DNA from: Nageia nagi
Taxonomy: Eukaryota > Plantae > Pinophyta
DNA: 64,000 bases
Direction: 5' to 3'
Assembly (NCBI GenBank): GCA_050084985.1
Contig: JBITNC010000002.1
Span: forward strand, 19,840,001 to 19,904,000
A program made the translations under genes and the position numbers. Positions 25,521-38,783 of this stretch are shown here, piece by piece. Below the pieces are notes generated by a model. It worked only from the letters and a program-made list of their open reading frames with translations, was not told the origin of the DNA and did no database searches. How positions within the stretch are numbered: the stretch's first letter is position 1; every line of letters begins with the position of its first letter.

Positions 25521-26593
25521 CCTCCTTTCAAAATTAACCTTGCTTTGAAATTATTGTAATCACAAAAAATAAACAAAAAGTTGCAAAAAGAAGAGAAAAT
25601 TACAAAATTAATTTGAATAATTTCGTATAATATTGATGGACATGAATAAAAAAATAAAATACTTTTATGCATATTTTAATATATATGGGTTAGGATCCTA
25701 GGGATCAGCAACTCGATGGTTGCGATCTTGTAGCTTGAGATCTTGATCCTTGAGATCTTGATGTTTAAATTCAAATTTTCACCTACCTTTTCCCCTTATT
25801 TCTAGGCTCGTAAATAGGTTCAATGACCCATCCCTTTTCTTTGGACCTACAATCTAACCATCCTAATAATGGTAATGGAATTTGTCAACTTTGGCCATGC
25901 ATTTGATGAGGTTTTTCAAAGAGTTGTTTCATAAAATTTTGAAGGATTGCAGATGAGAGTGCAAATTTCAAATATGCTTTTTTTTTTATAATTAGGTTAG
26001 ATTTATTATGTTTAATATAATTTTTAATGAAATATGATCCATAAAATTTAAAAATTAGTGTTTCATACTTGTTTAATAACTTTTAATTTTATGGGAATTG
26101 TGAAAAAACAATATGTCCACATTCTGCATACAATTCTCTACAACTTAAAAAATGATAGGTTTAGGTCAAATTATGCTTGAGGGACATAAGCACTTTTTGA
26201 AATGATAATCAGAGCTAATAAAAAATTACAAAAAATATCCTCCATAATCTTTATTATCTAAGGATCAATATCCAAAAATATTTAGCAAAATATTGAAATT
26301 TAGGTCCAATTATGTGTGAGGGACATGATGGGAGTATAGTCCTCAAACTTAATTTTTTAAAGAGTGGGTTTTAAAAATTTCTATCATAAATTTACTTATA
26401 TTATAGGTATTGGAATAAATTACATATTTGAAAACTAGACTTCGATTACTACATTTTTATCTAAGTAAACTTTTTCAAGATTTGGACTCTTAAGTGCTTC
26501 AAATTTTGAGATCAATTGTGATGAAATGTGAAAATCAAGGAAACTACTTCCACTTTTTGGTCAAAATTTGGGCTCATCTTCCTATACTTAGCC

Positions 26594-28000
26594 TATTATG
26601 TTAATCAAGCACAACAAATCATATAAATGGTACCTTACTATTAAGACCACTAATTTGGAACATAAGTTTTTTTTGCATAGATAAAAACCACAATACTTTC
26701 ATATAAATTACAAACACTCACATAAGTTGATGCATATAATGACACTCCTTGCCAAGAGATGCCTAAATTGCTCATCCAAATCTTGGAGTGTAATATTTCA
26801 ATGATGTTAAGAAGCCAAATATTATGAAGATGACATTTAGGCTCATGCAACTTGTTCATGTATCCCAAAATAAGTTGTTGAAGTAAAGCTATTAATCCCT
26901 CTATTTGATTAACCACACACTTTAAATCTAAGTATCATTTTCTTTTGTTAGATTATAAAATGACCAATCAATTAAATCAAGTTTCCTATTGGTCCTTGTT
27001 ATCATAGTACATCCATTATATAACACCCATGGATTCTCAACCTCATCAATGATCAAACAAATCTCTTAAATCTAAACAAGATTTGCAAGTTTAGGCCCAC
27101 TGCAAGTTTGAAAGAAGAGAGGTTAATAGTCAACACTAAAAACTCTCCACTTTCTTCACTAAACTCTACAAACTTATATTAGCATTCCTTTAGAGAATTT
27201 CTTGATCTTTCATAGGTTATACCTAAGATAATTTTCATATATTCTCTTTACTAATTGACATCCAATCAAATTCAAGTTTTTAATAAAGGAAGCTCACTTT
27301 ACATAATTATCTTACTAGGTTAAGTATTACAAGTTCATTCCTATATGAAATATCTTAACAAATTGACAAACATATATAATGAAGAATGCTTTTATCTTCA
27401 ATTGTAGTTTAGAGTTTTTTTACTGAACAACCCTCAATAGAATTAAACCCTTCTTATATTCCTTACAAGAGTTAAGTAGAAATATCAAAAAATGTATTAA
27501 ACTAACTTGTGGTTCTAATAATCCATAGCTACACTATGATCTCACCAATAGTTTTTACTATATTTTACATACTATTGATCCCACATTATTTTCTAAATGG
27601 CCATATTTATATTATTACATCTCAACTAAGTGCTAAATAGTTTTCAACATCATATAAATGGTATTTAAGACCTTATATATTTCCCATTTTTATGTTGGAT
27701 TACAAGAATCATTGGATTAACTAATAGGTTATTTTCTTGAATAATTGGACCTTGCCATTAATTACTCTTTAAAAACTATCCAATATTTCTCATTGCTTAG
27801 AATCCCAAAGAATTATCTTTCTAACCATAATAATGAATTTTAAAGTCTCCTATTATTCATACACTTCCCTAGTGTATGCAACAATTAAACCCAATTAAAC
27901 TTCTAGTCTTTTTCAAAACCAAATTAAATTCAATACCTTGATCATAACTCAACCAATGCATTTTAATTACCATCACAACCTATTCTAGATTTCTATCCAA
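26594..28000 (+). mobile_element. Continuation of the decayed Gypsy gag/protease region beyond the Sola2-like insertion
   Basis: Sequence joins 15758 across the TATT TSD. Heavily degraded, so the downstream limit is approximate. Confidence 0.4.
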
Positions 28001-30546
28001 AATTTTACAAAAAATAAATGAACTCACAATACAACATGAGTAACCCACTATTATCCATAGTTTCCAAATAAATATAATAATATTAAATGTCAACCTGAGC
28101 AAGGATAATCACCATGACCCTTGAAGGGTCACATGATTCATCTTGCCCCAATTAGTTTCAACAAATACCCCTTCACTAAAGAGCCTTCAACATAAAAGAT
28201 GCACATAATAGCCAAAGTCCTTTTTCTCATCATTTTACAATAGTAATGTTACATTGAAAATATGTACAACTAGAGTGCAAGAAAGATCCAAGCTATCCTA
28301 TATAAGGAAGTATACCCTTATAATATTCTCTAAACTTTCAATAGGTTACAAGTTTTCAAACATCCCAAGATTTTATTTAAATGGTGCATAATAGTCCCTT
28401 TGAAGATTATAACATAAACACAAAAAATGAAGTAGAAAATAAACTAGTTTTGGAAGAAGAAATGAAGGCCTTTTGCTTATCAAAATCACATGAAATTTAT
28501 ACAGTTTGGAGAGAAATTTATGGTATATATATTTTCTAAAAATTAGCTAAAAAAGAATTTTAAATCAAAATCTATAGCCTTTCAAAGTAGGTTGTTAAAA
28601 CACTTTTTATTTTTTTGGATCATAAAACAATGTTCATCATTCCAAAACAACCTCCATTTTCTTCATTATTTTTCTATAGCTAAACATAAATCATTTCACA
28701 TAATATACAATAAGAATTAAATATATTTTATCATTCATACATGGTTATGAAGTTCCCCTTCATTAGATAAAAAATATCAACCATCATTCATATGAATCAA
28801 GAGCATACAAACAAAATATGATTGCTTTTTGAATGAACCAACAACTAATTTTTATTCCACTTCTTAGTTCATTCATAAATTACAAACTTATACATAAATA
28901 AAATAATAATAATAATAATAATAAGTTAATCAATCCCAATATTTTTTCAAATCCCAAACCCATTTCCAACTAGAATTACATGTTTTAATCTAGAGAAAAG
29001 GAATCCAACTATGGGTTTAACATAGCATCCTCAAATAATTCCAACAGTACATAAAATGGAAAAATATCAATGATTTTTGAAAGGAATCTACACAACACAC
29101 AATAATAAGAACTAGAAAGCTTCACTTCAAGTACAAGTCTGAATCTATAAAAGAAATACAACTAAGTGTGAGATTTTTCAATCTCAGTGAGTTCTGAATC
29201 TAGCGAACAATGCCAATAATGTCTATGAAGAGTTGGATCACCACTTACATCCAATTTAGTACCCTTGCAAAGGCATGCATACAAGGGGAACTAATTAAAT
29301 CAACTTCCTAAATGAAACAACAAAAATTAAATGAAAGTAAAGATATAATCTAGTAAAATATGATCTTTTATGCAACATGATTCATAAAATATACTATAGT
29401 AATATCATCCAGAAGCTTATAGTAATAATATCTATATGAGCATGCAATATGAGCAATATAATACCAATTTAAACACCACACATGATTATTATGAGAAGAT
29501 AATAAATACAAAAATTACTGATATGAATAATGCATGTCTATTTTTTTATTTAAAACATGTTTTAGTTTGTTTTCAAATTGGTTCTTTTGGCTTTTGCATT
29601 CCAAATCCGTTGTTGGGGTTTATTTTTCATGGACATGATCTCAGATCATGCCATGACCATGGTTTCCTAAGGTTCAACTTCTAATGAGATTAATCCCATT
29701 CTCAAAATGAAAATCCCATAAAATGTACATGTGATAACATAAACCCTCATAGGCTTATCCAATAATTATGGTTCAATAATTAAACACATTTTTACATATT
29801 TTAGAATGCAATGATTACAAAAATGAAATATCTACTATTATTTTTGCAATGATTCTAACATTATGGTGGTTCCTTCTAGGTTCATTCATTTCCAAAATTG
29901 GTCAAGACCTAGAAACTCACCTCAATTGCTAACCAGATGATGATTCACTAGACTCTGGTCAAAATCTTTGATGTGAAGTACCAATCTCCCTTCTCCATAG
30001 TATTGGTCCTCATAGTTTCTTGGGCATAGTTCAATATTATTGGTATCATAAATTCAAAGATCATGGATAGTGTCAAGCCTAATAAATGGTTTACAAAATT
30101 GTAATAGATACTAGACACTCTTAGAACATCTATCCATTCATATACCAGCATCAACAAATTTTGGTCATACATGTTCAATCATATCTAGTCAAACTTATTG
30201 TGATTTTAAAACAACATTAACCAAATTATACATGAAACATAAGTGAAAACCCCTATATATAGGAGATTTGTTAATTATTTCAAAATATTTCTTAAAATGT
30301 ACTTTGGGTAATTGAAAATGAAAGAATTTATCAAGTGAGTGATGGCATATGTTAAAGACACTTGGGAGTGTGCTACTAAAGTATTCAATATCTCTCTAAG
30401 AATGATGGCCAACATCAAGAATACCATATACATATTAGTTCTAAATTTTATATTGAAATCTCCTCTTTGGGCATTTTAGTGCAAAGTATCATATAGTTCA
30501 TTTTGAGCTAACCTAGCATGTGTTCACAATAATAATTCATTTACTC

Positions 30547-30549
<3 letters not shown>

Positions 30550-30628
<79 letters not shown>
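30550..30628. repeat. (TA)n microsatellite, ~39 units
   Basis: Uninterrupted TA run of 79 nt. Confidence 0.98.
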
Positions 30629-30631
<3 letters not shown>

Positions 30632-31431
30632 GGCTTGCTTAGGATTCCTAGGGCTTGGAAAGTTTGTGAAATAGCTTTAACTAAGAAATATATGACTACC
30701 TATCCACTTGCACTTCTTACCATCCTTTGCTTTGGGCTAGTGAATTCTTGAATCAATTTGACCAGCTCAAGGGTGGGGTTGCATCTTCTTGCAACAAACC
30801 AATTCAACATGTTATTCCTAGGTTTTTTCGTAATTACATTTGAATTTTCTTTAAAGCATAAGGCTTGAGCATTACCTTTTAGGTTTTTATGGACTTATTT
30901 TACATGGGTGTCTTTAATTCCTTCTAATCTATCACTCCACTTACTTGTGTTATTATCCTTAGCCTGCTTCAAAGTGATAATAGATGTGTCCATAGTCATT
31001 TCTTGACCTTTCTCTTTCCCTTTACCATTTTCTTATCTAGAACTTATTTTTTTGCTATAATTTTGCCTAAGAAATAGATCCCCCTTAGTTTTATGCATTT
31101 GATCCTCTTTCTCTCTCTTTTAGCTTGGTTGTTTAATGTATAATTTAATCTAGCTCTATGTTGTAAAATTCAACTTGGCTCCCTATATTATCTCTTTGCA
31201 TGCAAAGTGGCTAAGTTTCTAGATAAAAAAAAGGCATTTTATTTAAGCCCCATAAAGCATTCAATGCTCCCATGTGCTATTCCAACTATGTGCATAATAT
31301 TTCATTTAATTCATTCTTTCTCTCCACTTGTTGGATGTAATTAATAGCATATAAATTTGCATTAATGAACTAGAATTAAATACACTTATTTACATTAACA
31401 TATAATATGGCTAGTGATTTCTAGCAACCAT

Positions 31432-34400
31432 TTATCCGCCATATGGTTTTAAATGTACATCATTGATTGAAATGGGAAAATATGATCATCCAATCTAGCC
31501 AGTTCAAAAGAATTGAACCTTTTTACCTTATTGATGATGTAAGGCCTATACCACATAGAATCAAATTTGAAATTCTCTCAAGCTTAGATCTATCCTCATC
31601 CCATTTTTGAACCAAGTCACCCTCCTTAAAATCCTTAGTTGTGAATTTCTTCTTGGAAAACCACTTCTTAACTACATTATTTATTTTTTGAAGCTCTTGG
31701 TAAGATTCATTTCTTACTTCTTCTAAGTGTAACAACTCACACTATCAGACCTACATGGGCTCAAACTCTAAAATATCATATTCTTGCAAAATTTTCAATA
31801 TCAGGAGCTCAATTTGGCTAGACAATATTACCCTTTTCTTATAGATCAAGGTATAAGGGGAATTCTTAATAGATGAATTTATAGTGATGTGGTCCTCCCA
31901 TAGAGCTAGATCTAATTTCTAATCTTAATCTTTATGGTTCTTCTAAAAAGTTCTCTTTAGTATCTAGAGCAAGTTTTTATTAATGGACTTGTACAAACCA
32001 TTACTTTGGATAATATTTTGAGGAGGTATTTAGAAATATCATACTTCATTTCAAATTTTATTACCTTTACTTCGAGGAATGTTAGGCTATTAAATCAAAA
32101 ATGTTTACCATCAATATCCCAAACTTGGCTATTAGCTTTTCTATAAAGGTTATGATTGTCTCTTGCTCTATATTGTTAATTGCAATTGCTTATACCCATA
32201 TAGTGAATTAATTAGTTATATTCAAAATGAATTTGTGTCTTGATGAATAATTTGGATTTATGACTCCAATAAAATATAATCCCCATTACTAAAATATTCC
32301 TCAATCTTGATTAGTTGTAGAGGAAGGGCTTACATCCTTCTTCTCACATAACATTTTTATTTTTTATATTTCTTAGAGATATTAAAAGTATCTTTAAAAA
32401 TGGTTATCCAATAGTTTCCAACTTACATGATCTTAATTGTAGTTGTATAGCCTGAAGAGTGACCCCCAAATGGTCCAAAATGAAATTCCTTAATTATTCA
32501 ATCTAATTCCTTTGGCTTTATGCATCTTAGTAGCATCCATTTATGACTTTCCTATTAGAGAATATCATTTTTCATCATATATCTCAAGGCATGCAACTTT
32601 AATCTCCTTCTTTGTGAAGCATTGATATGCTCTAGGAGTCTTCCATGTTGTAAATATATTGTCAATTGGTATATCCAATATCTTTGACAATAGGGACCAT
32701 CAACATCATTTTGTACTTCTTCTTCAAAGAACATCGATTTTGTAGAGGCATCTATGGCCAATTGTTAATATAATGCCCTACCTTTTATAACCTTATTTGG
32801 TCTTACCTCTACATCATATTAATTAATATTAGTAATCCATCTAGCTTTGCCTTCCCCTCATTTGCCTTGGAGGATGTAATTTCTTACATTTGGGTGTATT
32901 ATCAATCCCAACACTTTACTTTGGAATATGAAATATTTAAGCTTATTGAGTATCTTCATGATAGCATACACTTGCTTCTCAATGAAGCTATACCTATCCT
33001 CATGATTATAGAGAGTATTACTAAAAAAGGTTATTGGATATTCTTCATTGTTATTTCCTTTTTTATTTAGAATAGTTGCTAGACTCTTTTTAGCTCTATA
33101 AGAATACATGATGAGTTATTTACTAAAATCTAGGTTCTTGAGAACTAGTGCTCTAATTATTACCAACTTGATCCTTTCAAAAGCCTATTTTATTTCTAGA
33201 GTACAATGGAAAGGTGTTTCCTTCTTTAGCATCTCCATGATTGACCTTATAATTCCAAAAATATCTTAGATGAACCTTCTTACAAATTTAACTTGACTTA
33301 AGAATGATTACAAAGCTTTCTTATTAGAATGCAAAGTTAACTCAGAAATAACACTCACCCTATATGGATTGATGGACCATCCCTATTTTGATATTATGTA
33401 TCCTATCAACTTCTCTTTCTCAATAGCAAAGATAGATTTTTTAAGATTTAAGGAAATCATAACCTTTTAGCATTTTAGGAACACTTACCAAAGGTGTTGA
33501 AGATGGTATTTTGTTTATCAAGAGAACACTATGATGTCATCCATTAGTATCAAGGGATAGGTATCTTCCAAGTATGCTTTATTTAGGTTTTAAAAATCCA
33601 CACTGTGCCTTATGTTCCCTTTTTTCTTCTTGATTGAGACCAAGTTTCTCAACCAAGTTGAATTCTTGATTGAGTAGATGATTTCGATGTTGAAAAGTTT
33701 CAACACCTCTTTCTTAATAGTAGTCTCAATTAAGGGATTATCTGGTCTTTTCTTTTATTGTACTAGTCTTACATCATTTATAAGCTCTATGGTATGTTGG
33801 ATGGCTTATTTTTCATATACTTTCATATCATTGAATGACTAGGCTATGATCCTAAATATCAACTCTTTACATAATTCTTTAATCCTCCTCATTCCTTTAG
33901 GGTTGTTCTGCATACCTATCTTAAAAATCTTTTTTTGAGCTATTTCAACATCCCAAAAGGCCTTTTCTTCAATTACTAGCCCTCTTTATTGGGTGCTACC
34001 CTCCTTATTGAAGAGTTTTTTAAAAGAAACTATAACCTTCAATAAAGTGTTAATTTGTGATTGTATGATATCTTGATCTTGATAGGATTCCTCTATGGCT
34101 TGGTAATTCCAACATAAGAGTTCTTTGATAAAAATTTGTTGATATATTGATCACCATTAAATACATATCATAAGCATTCATTATCAAGTACTAAGGGTTT
34201 GTATATTACCTATACACCCTTTTGTCTAAAGTGATATTCAGTTGAATTAAATTTTGCATGCTTTTGAGCTAATTCATTTGCCTCTTAGTTCTTAGATCTA
34301 GGAATCACCACACAATTGATGGTATAGTATATCTTAAACAAGTCTCAAACTCTTTTCCTATATGCTCTTAGTTAATAATGTTCATATGAGCACTTATTTA

Positions 34401-37267
34401 TGACTTGATTAATTACCAATTCAAAGTCTTCAAATATTTGAATACACTAAATAGTCATGTTGTCTACCTACTCCAATCCTAGGTATAGATATTTTTACTT
34501 GACCATATTATTGGTGGAACTCAATGTAAATTGGAATATAAATTTATTTGTTCCTTGTGTAAGATATCTTAACACTATTCTAGTTCTTGCCCCTTCTTTG
34601 GATCTGGCTCCATCAAAGTGCATATTTCAATCTTTTGAAACTCTTAGTTGATACTATCAAGGTCAACATTGAATTCTTTGCCTCAATGAGGATATAATTG
34701 CTAGGTTCAAATTCTTCAACAAAATTTAGGAAATTCATGGTATTTTCATCTTCAATGAGTAATTATTTGATCAAATCATCAAGCTCCTCTATGTCATATT
34801 CATCTTATGCATCTTTTCCACATGGAAATTATATATGGATTCATTGAAAAAAATTACCTTCTTATCCTTACATGGAACCATGATGTGTGACTAATCCATG
34901 GCCAAATAACCTCCAAGTTTAGCAGTAAATTCTCTAGACAAGCATAGTCCAAACAAGGGTGGTAGGTATACCATTGGAATATCTTGTATCACTAATATTT
35001 TTGGGTACTTATGTGCAATCTCACTCCCATATATTTAACTAATCTAATTATCTTAACATTGATTCTTTCTAGGTCACTCATTTTGAATTCCTTGTGCATT
35101 CCAATTACATCACATTTGCAATCTTCTTGGGTATGATGGTAGTTGAAGCATAAAAATCAATTATATAATTATGCACTACATGGTCCTCTATATACAAGGA
35201 TATGTAGAAGGGAAAGGGTTTGATATCACTCATTTCTATCAATTTAGAAACAACTTCTTAATTATATTTTGACCAATCCACATCCTTATTTGAGGCAAAT
35301 AAGGCTTCTTTTAGGAGGTTAATCAACCTAGGAATCTATAATGCATCAAATAGAGAGACTCAAGAAGGATTCTATTTCAATTATTCAATAATATTAAAGT
35401 GCTTAAGGTTGTAGGTCTACCTTATTTCTCCAATAATGTCTTCTAGAATTATTGAGTTGCTTCCTCTCTATGATCTTCGATCAAGGATGGGAACTAAAAT
35501 ATCCTAGCAACCTTCTCTCTTTCATCAATGAGTTGTTGACTTTCATTGGTTGAATTAGTTTTTCTATTCCTATCAATCTCTAGGGCCTTACATTTGATTG
35601 GTTCCTTAATAGCTTTTGTAGGTTTCCCTTTTAAGTGTTCTTATATACTCTCTTTAGGAGAGGTTTGATTTGAAGATGATGTTGAGGACTCAAGAACTTT
35701 GTATGGCTTCTTAGAACATGTAGTTTTAATAGTGAAAACACCAACATCGGTTAGGATTATATTTACAAAATTTAGTTCAAAAGCCTTAGTATTCATGCAT
35801 TCTTATGTGACCCCTCCATTAGCTGCTAGCTATGATATATAATGTTATGTTGGGTATGATTTTTGTACATGAGAATCCTTGCAAGCTATGCACTAATTTG
35901 CACTTTGGGTATTAGGAAATTCATGTGATAAATGCACTTTTTCCTCTTCCTTTTTTATAGATGTCAAAATTTGTTTCTTTATTGCATAATGAAATCTCCT
36001 TTATTTTCCTTCATTAAACCTTTGATTTCTCTTTAGGGTAGTGACTTGATTAATAATACTTTAGAGCATGACCTTGACCTCAATTTTCTCTATCTGCATG
36101 AAAATCTCCCCTTGAGCTTGGGTACTTAATAGGAGTGCTAGTAAAATGATAGGAACATTAAGTATTATAAGGGTTAATTGGGTGCTTTGAACTAATTTTT
36201 GATTCAATGTGCTTATCATTTTAAAATTTCTAACAAATGGATGAGGCATTCTAGGTATATCATCTAAAGGAGGAGCTGATGATGTCAAAAATATTTGGTT
36301 CTCATTAGGGAATATAACGTATGGATTAAAATGGGAAGTGACCCTACTTGGAAGTTTCCCCATGATGATAAGTGATACCTCAATCATTGTCATCACTTGA
36401 TATAGTGTTGGGAATATCGTTTCCCTAAACATATCAATTTTTAAAGCTAGGTCAAGTGAAAAAATCCTTAAAAAATACATGTGATTAACATTAGGGGCTT
36501 TACCTAAGCTGGGATTATACTCCAATTCTTTCCAAAATAAATATCAAAATTCATGAGACTTGTGTGCATTCCTCCTAATTGTTTTAAATAAGTAAATAAA
36601 GAGTAACAATCCTTAGCTCATCAAACCATTTGATGAAAGGTTCAACTATATACTGCCAAGTGGTAACAAAGCCATCAAGTAGGCATCTATACTAATCTAG
36701 TATTTTTCCTTTGAAGGATTAGGCTAGTGGTATTACAATCATATTTTCCTCAAAAAATATATGTATTTTATCAATGACAATTACATCCAAAAAATACTTA
36801 TGAGTTATCTTCTTGGTACCATCATATTTTAGTAGAGACTTCAAGGATATGGAAAAAATATCTATTATATTGATCAAGTTCAGGGCACCTACCATATTGT
36901 ATTCGAGGTAAATTTAGGTTTTTTCTTGAGTAGCCATTGTAGCTACTATATTAAATAATGGAAGAAATATTTGAGAAAGAGACTTTGCTTGAACCAGGAT
37001 GTCTATCAAATACTTAGTTCTTCTTATTATTTTCTTTCCTTTTGGGTCAAGTTCATAGAACTCAAAAAGATCCTTACTTACCTTATCCTAGTATCTTATG
37101 AACATGTTCACTCAAATTGAACCTTGGTGAAATTTCTATCTCACTAATGAGTTCTTGCCCAAAGTTAGTTGCATTGAAGATAGTAACAATGAACATAATT
37201 AACCTTATTTTGTAAACTCATCAATAAGATATTTATAGAACTTATGCTTTTTTATAATGGGAAACAT
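31432..37267 (-). pseudogene. Gypsy gag-pol (gag-PR-aRH-RT-RH-INT), decayed
   Basis: RH NNEEYPITFFSNTL..RYSFIEKQVYA; INT QRRRLKLHALRY and DFKEGDLVQKWD; RT LNKAYLEDTYPL/MDDIIVFS. Confidence 0.88.
34250..34625 (-). other. Additional archaeal-type RNase H (aRH) domain between protease and RT
   Basis: MHFDGARSKEGARTRIVL...STNNMVK...IFEDFELVINQV...IPRSKN*EANELAQ. Confidence 0.82.
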
Positions 37268-37270
37268 TTA

Positions 37271-37287
37271 TCCCACCAAGCATGCTA
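37271..37287 (-). promoter_or_regulatory. Primer binding site (tRNA-Arg-like)
   Basis: TAGCATGCTTGGTGGGA resembles the Tat/Ogre-type TGGCACGCCCGGTGGGA after deamination; lies just upstream of gag. Confidence 0.6.
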
Positions 37288-38783
37288 GGAAAATAATTAT
37301 TGATTGAGACTATGTAATATTCTTACATCTATGAATCATAACTAATCAAGTCACTATGGATGAACTACTTCTCAACGTTCAACCTTTGGTATGAAGGTTG
37401 ATGCCTTATTAATTGGCCTAGAGTCACCTCAAGGGAGGATCTACTACACTAATATCTAAAAGTGTAGGGTGTAAAAAAGAGATAAAAGATAAGAGTGCAA
37501 GAAAGTGATTAAAATGAACATCTATGGCCAACATTATCTTCCTCAATTGGAATGGTTGGAAGGATATACAAATTAACAGCCATAAACTAATAATCTTAGT
37601 TAGATATAACATTTAAAAATACTAATTCAATATTTTCCCATTAAGACATGAAGCATATACAATGATTTAAGCTCATATATGAACAAATAATTAAGGAAAG
37701 GTCAAACATGTCATACTTGTATTCAAAAAATAGTCTCAGTAACATTGGTAAGGGAAAACATTTAAATGTTCAAACCTTATTACATTGAGTTTCCTTTTAT
37801 TTATAGGTCGATATTATCAAAATATCTTGATTAAAACTTAAACTTTAACTACTGCTAACAAGCATCAATCTATTACTTTAAATTCATTCTCTAAAGAAAA
37901 TTAAAACTAAACTCAAAGAAGTTTTTGGAATATAGCAGTATTCCCTTCATATAGTTTGTATGGTTCAATTGATCTAGTAGTACTTTGTAGCTACTCAATT
38001 CCTTAAGCTAGTTTTTCAATGGCTATTATTGTTGCAACTATTTCTTCTGCATTCAGGGTTACCTTAGGGACATCATCAGATGAGTTTATTGGCCTTTCGA
38101 GCCTTTGTATATTTGATCACAAATAAATAATGACTCCTACTTACTTATGGGGGTTATACTTTTAGTTATTAACATCATTTATCTTTTTCTCATGGTATTT
38201 GTTCAAAATTGCGTGTTTCAGCCTCACTGATGTTATCACTATGGTTCACTAGCTACTTGAACTCATGCATGCCTTTCTTATCTTCAAACTTGAACTCTAA
38301 ACCATTGTCAATTATCGAAATCCCTATTGTTGATATCATCAACCCTCTACTCCCCAAAATTAGTGCAAAACTAATAGCTTTAGCTTCATTGATGTCATCA
38401 ATTTCATTGACTAACTATATGGGCCTTCACATTCTCTTTCTACTTATTTTTATTTTAAGCCCTTACTAATTCTTAGATTTTCCATCACTAACATCATCAA
38501 CTTTAGACTCATAATGGTTAGTTTAAATTCTACTTATCTCGATCGAGTGATGTCACTTGTTTTTCCACCCCAAACTTAGACTATCTTTTAGATCTTGATG
38601 TTAGTGCTTTGCCCCATCTCAATAGTTATTGATCTACTTATGTTTCTTGTTGGGATCCTACCTATTGAATATTGACATCATCCATTCTGGTACCTTAATA
38701 CTTAGTGCATTTTATACTCTTCTTCCTCTTAGGTGCTTTGCTTATTTTCTTTGGTGACATCATTACCTAGAATTGTTCCTTTT

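Larger units (their letters stand above)
15759..26593 (-). mobile_element. Sola2-like DNA transposon, 10.8 kb, with cargo ORFs
   Basis: Degenerate TIRs TGGTAAGTGTCCAAAGTTGAGTCCCACTTTGG and revcomp GGCTAAGTATAGGAAGATGAGCCCAAATTTTG. 4-bp TSD TATT (15755-15758, 26594-26597). Internal transposase with DFAENY-, WSD- and HGKGEHDG-like motifs. Right end shared with the 38784-39779 MITE. Confidence 0.8.
30630..37860 (-). mobile_element. Ty3/gypsy Tat-lineage (TatII-type) retrotransposon, 3'-truncated
   Basis: Putative 5' LTR ~37294-37860, tRNA-Arg-like PBS, gag, protease (PFYISLYIEDHVVHNYIIDFYAS), extra RNase H before RT, RT, RH, INT ending at 31432, then the start of a 3' extra ORF. Confidence 0.85.

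Noticed and set aside
15759-26593. CACTA, Mutator or Helitron identity for the large DNA element
   Set aside because: No CACTA termini or 3-bp TSD, no 9-bp TSD, and no Rep/helicase or CTAG-hairpin end; the motifs and 4-bp TSD fit Sola2 better.
29050-30540. LTR fragment / 3' LTR of the first Gypsy element
   Set aside because: No recognisable match to the putative 5' LTR at 37294-37860 and no definable termini.
37900-38783. LINE ORF1-like remnant that hosts the MITE
   Set aside because: Composition is suggestive only; no clear zinc knuckle or domain motif.
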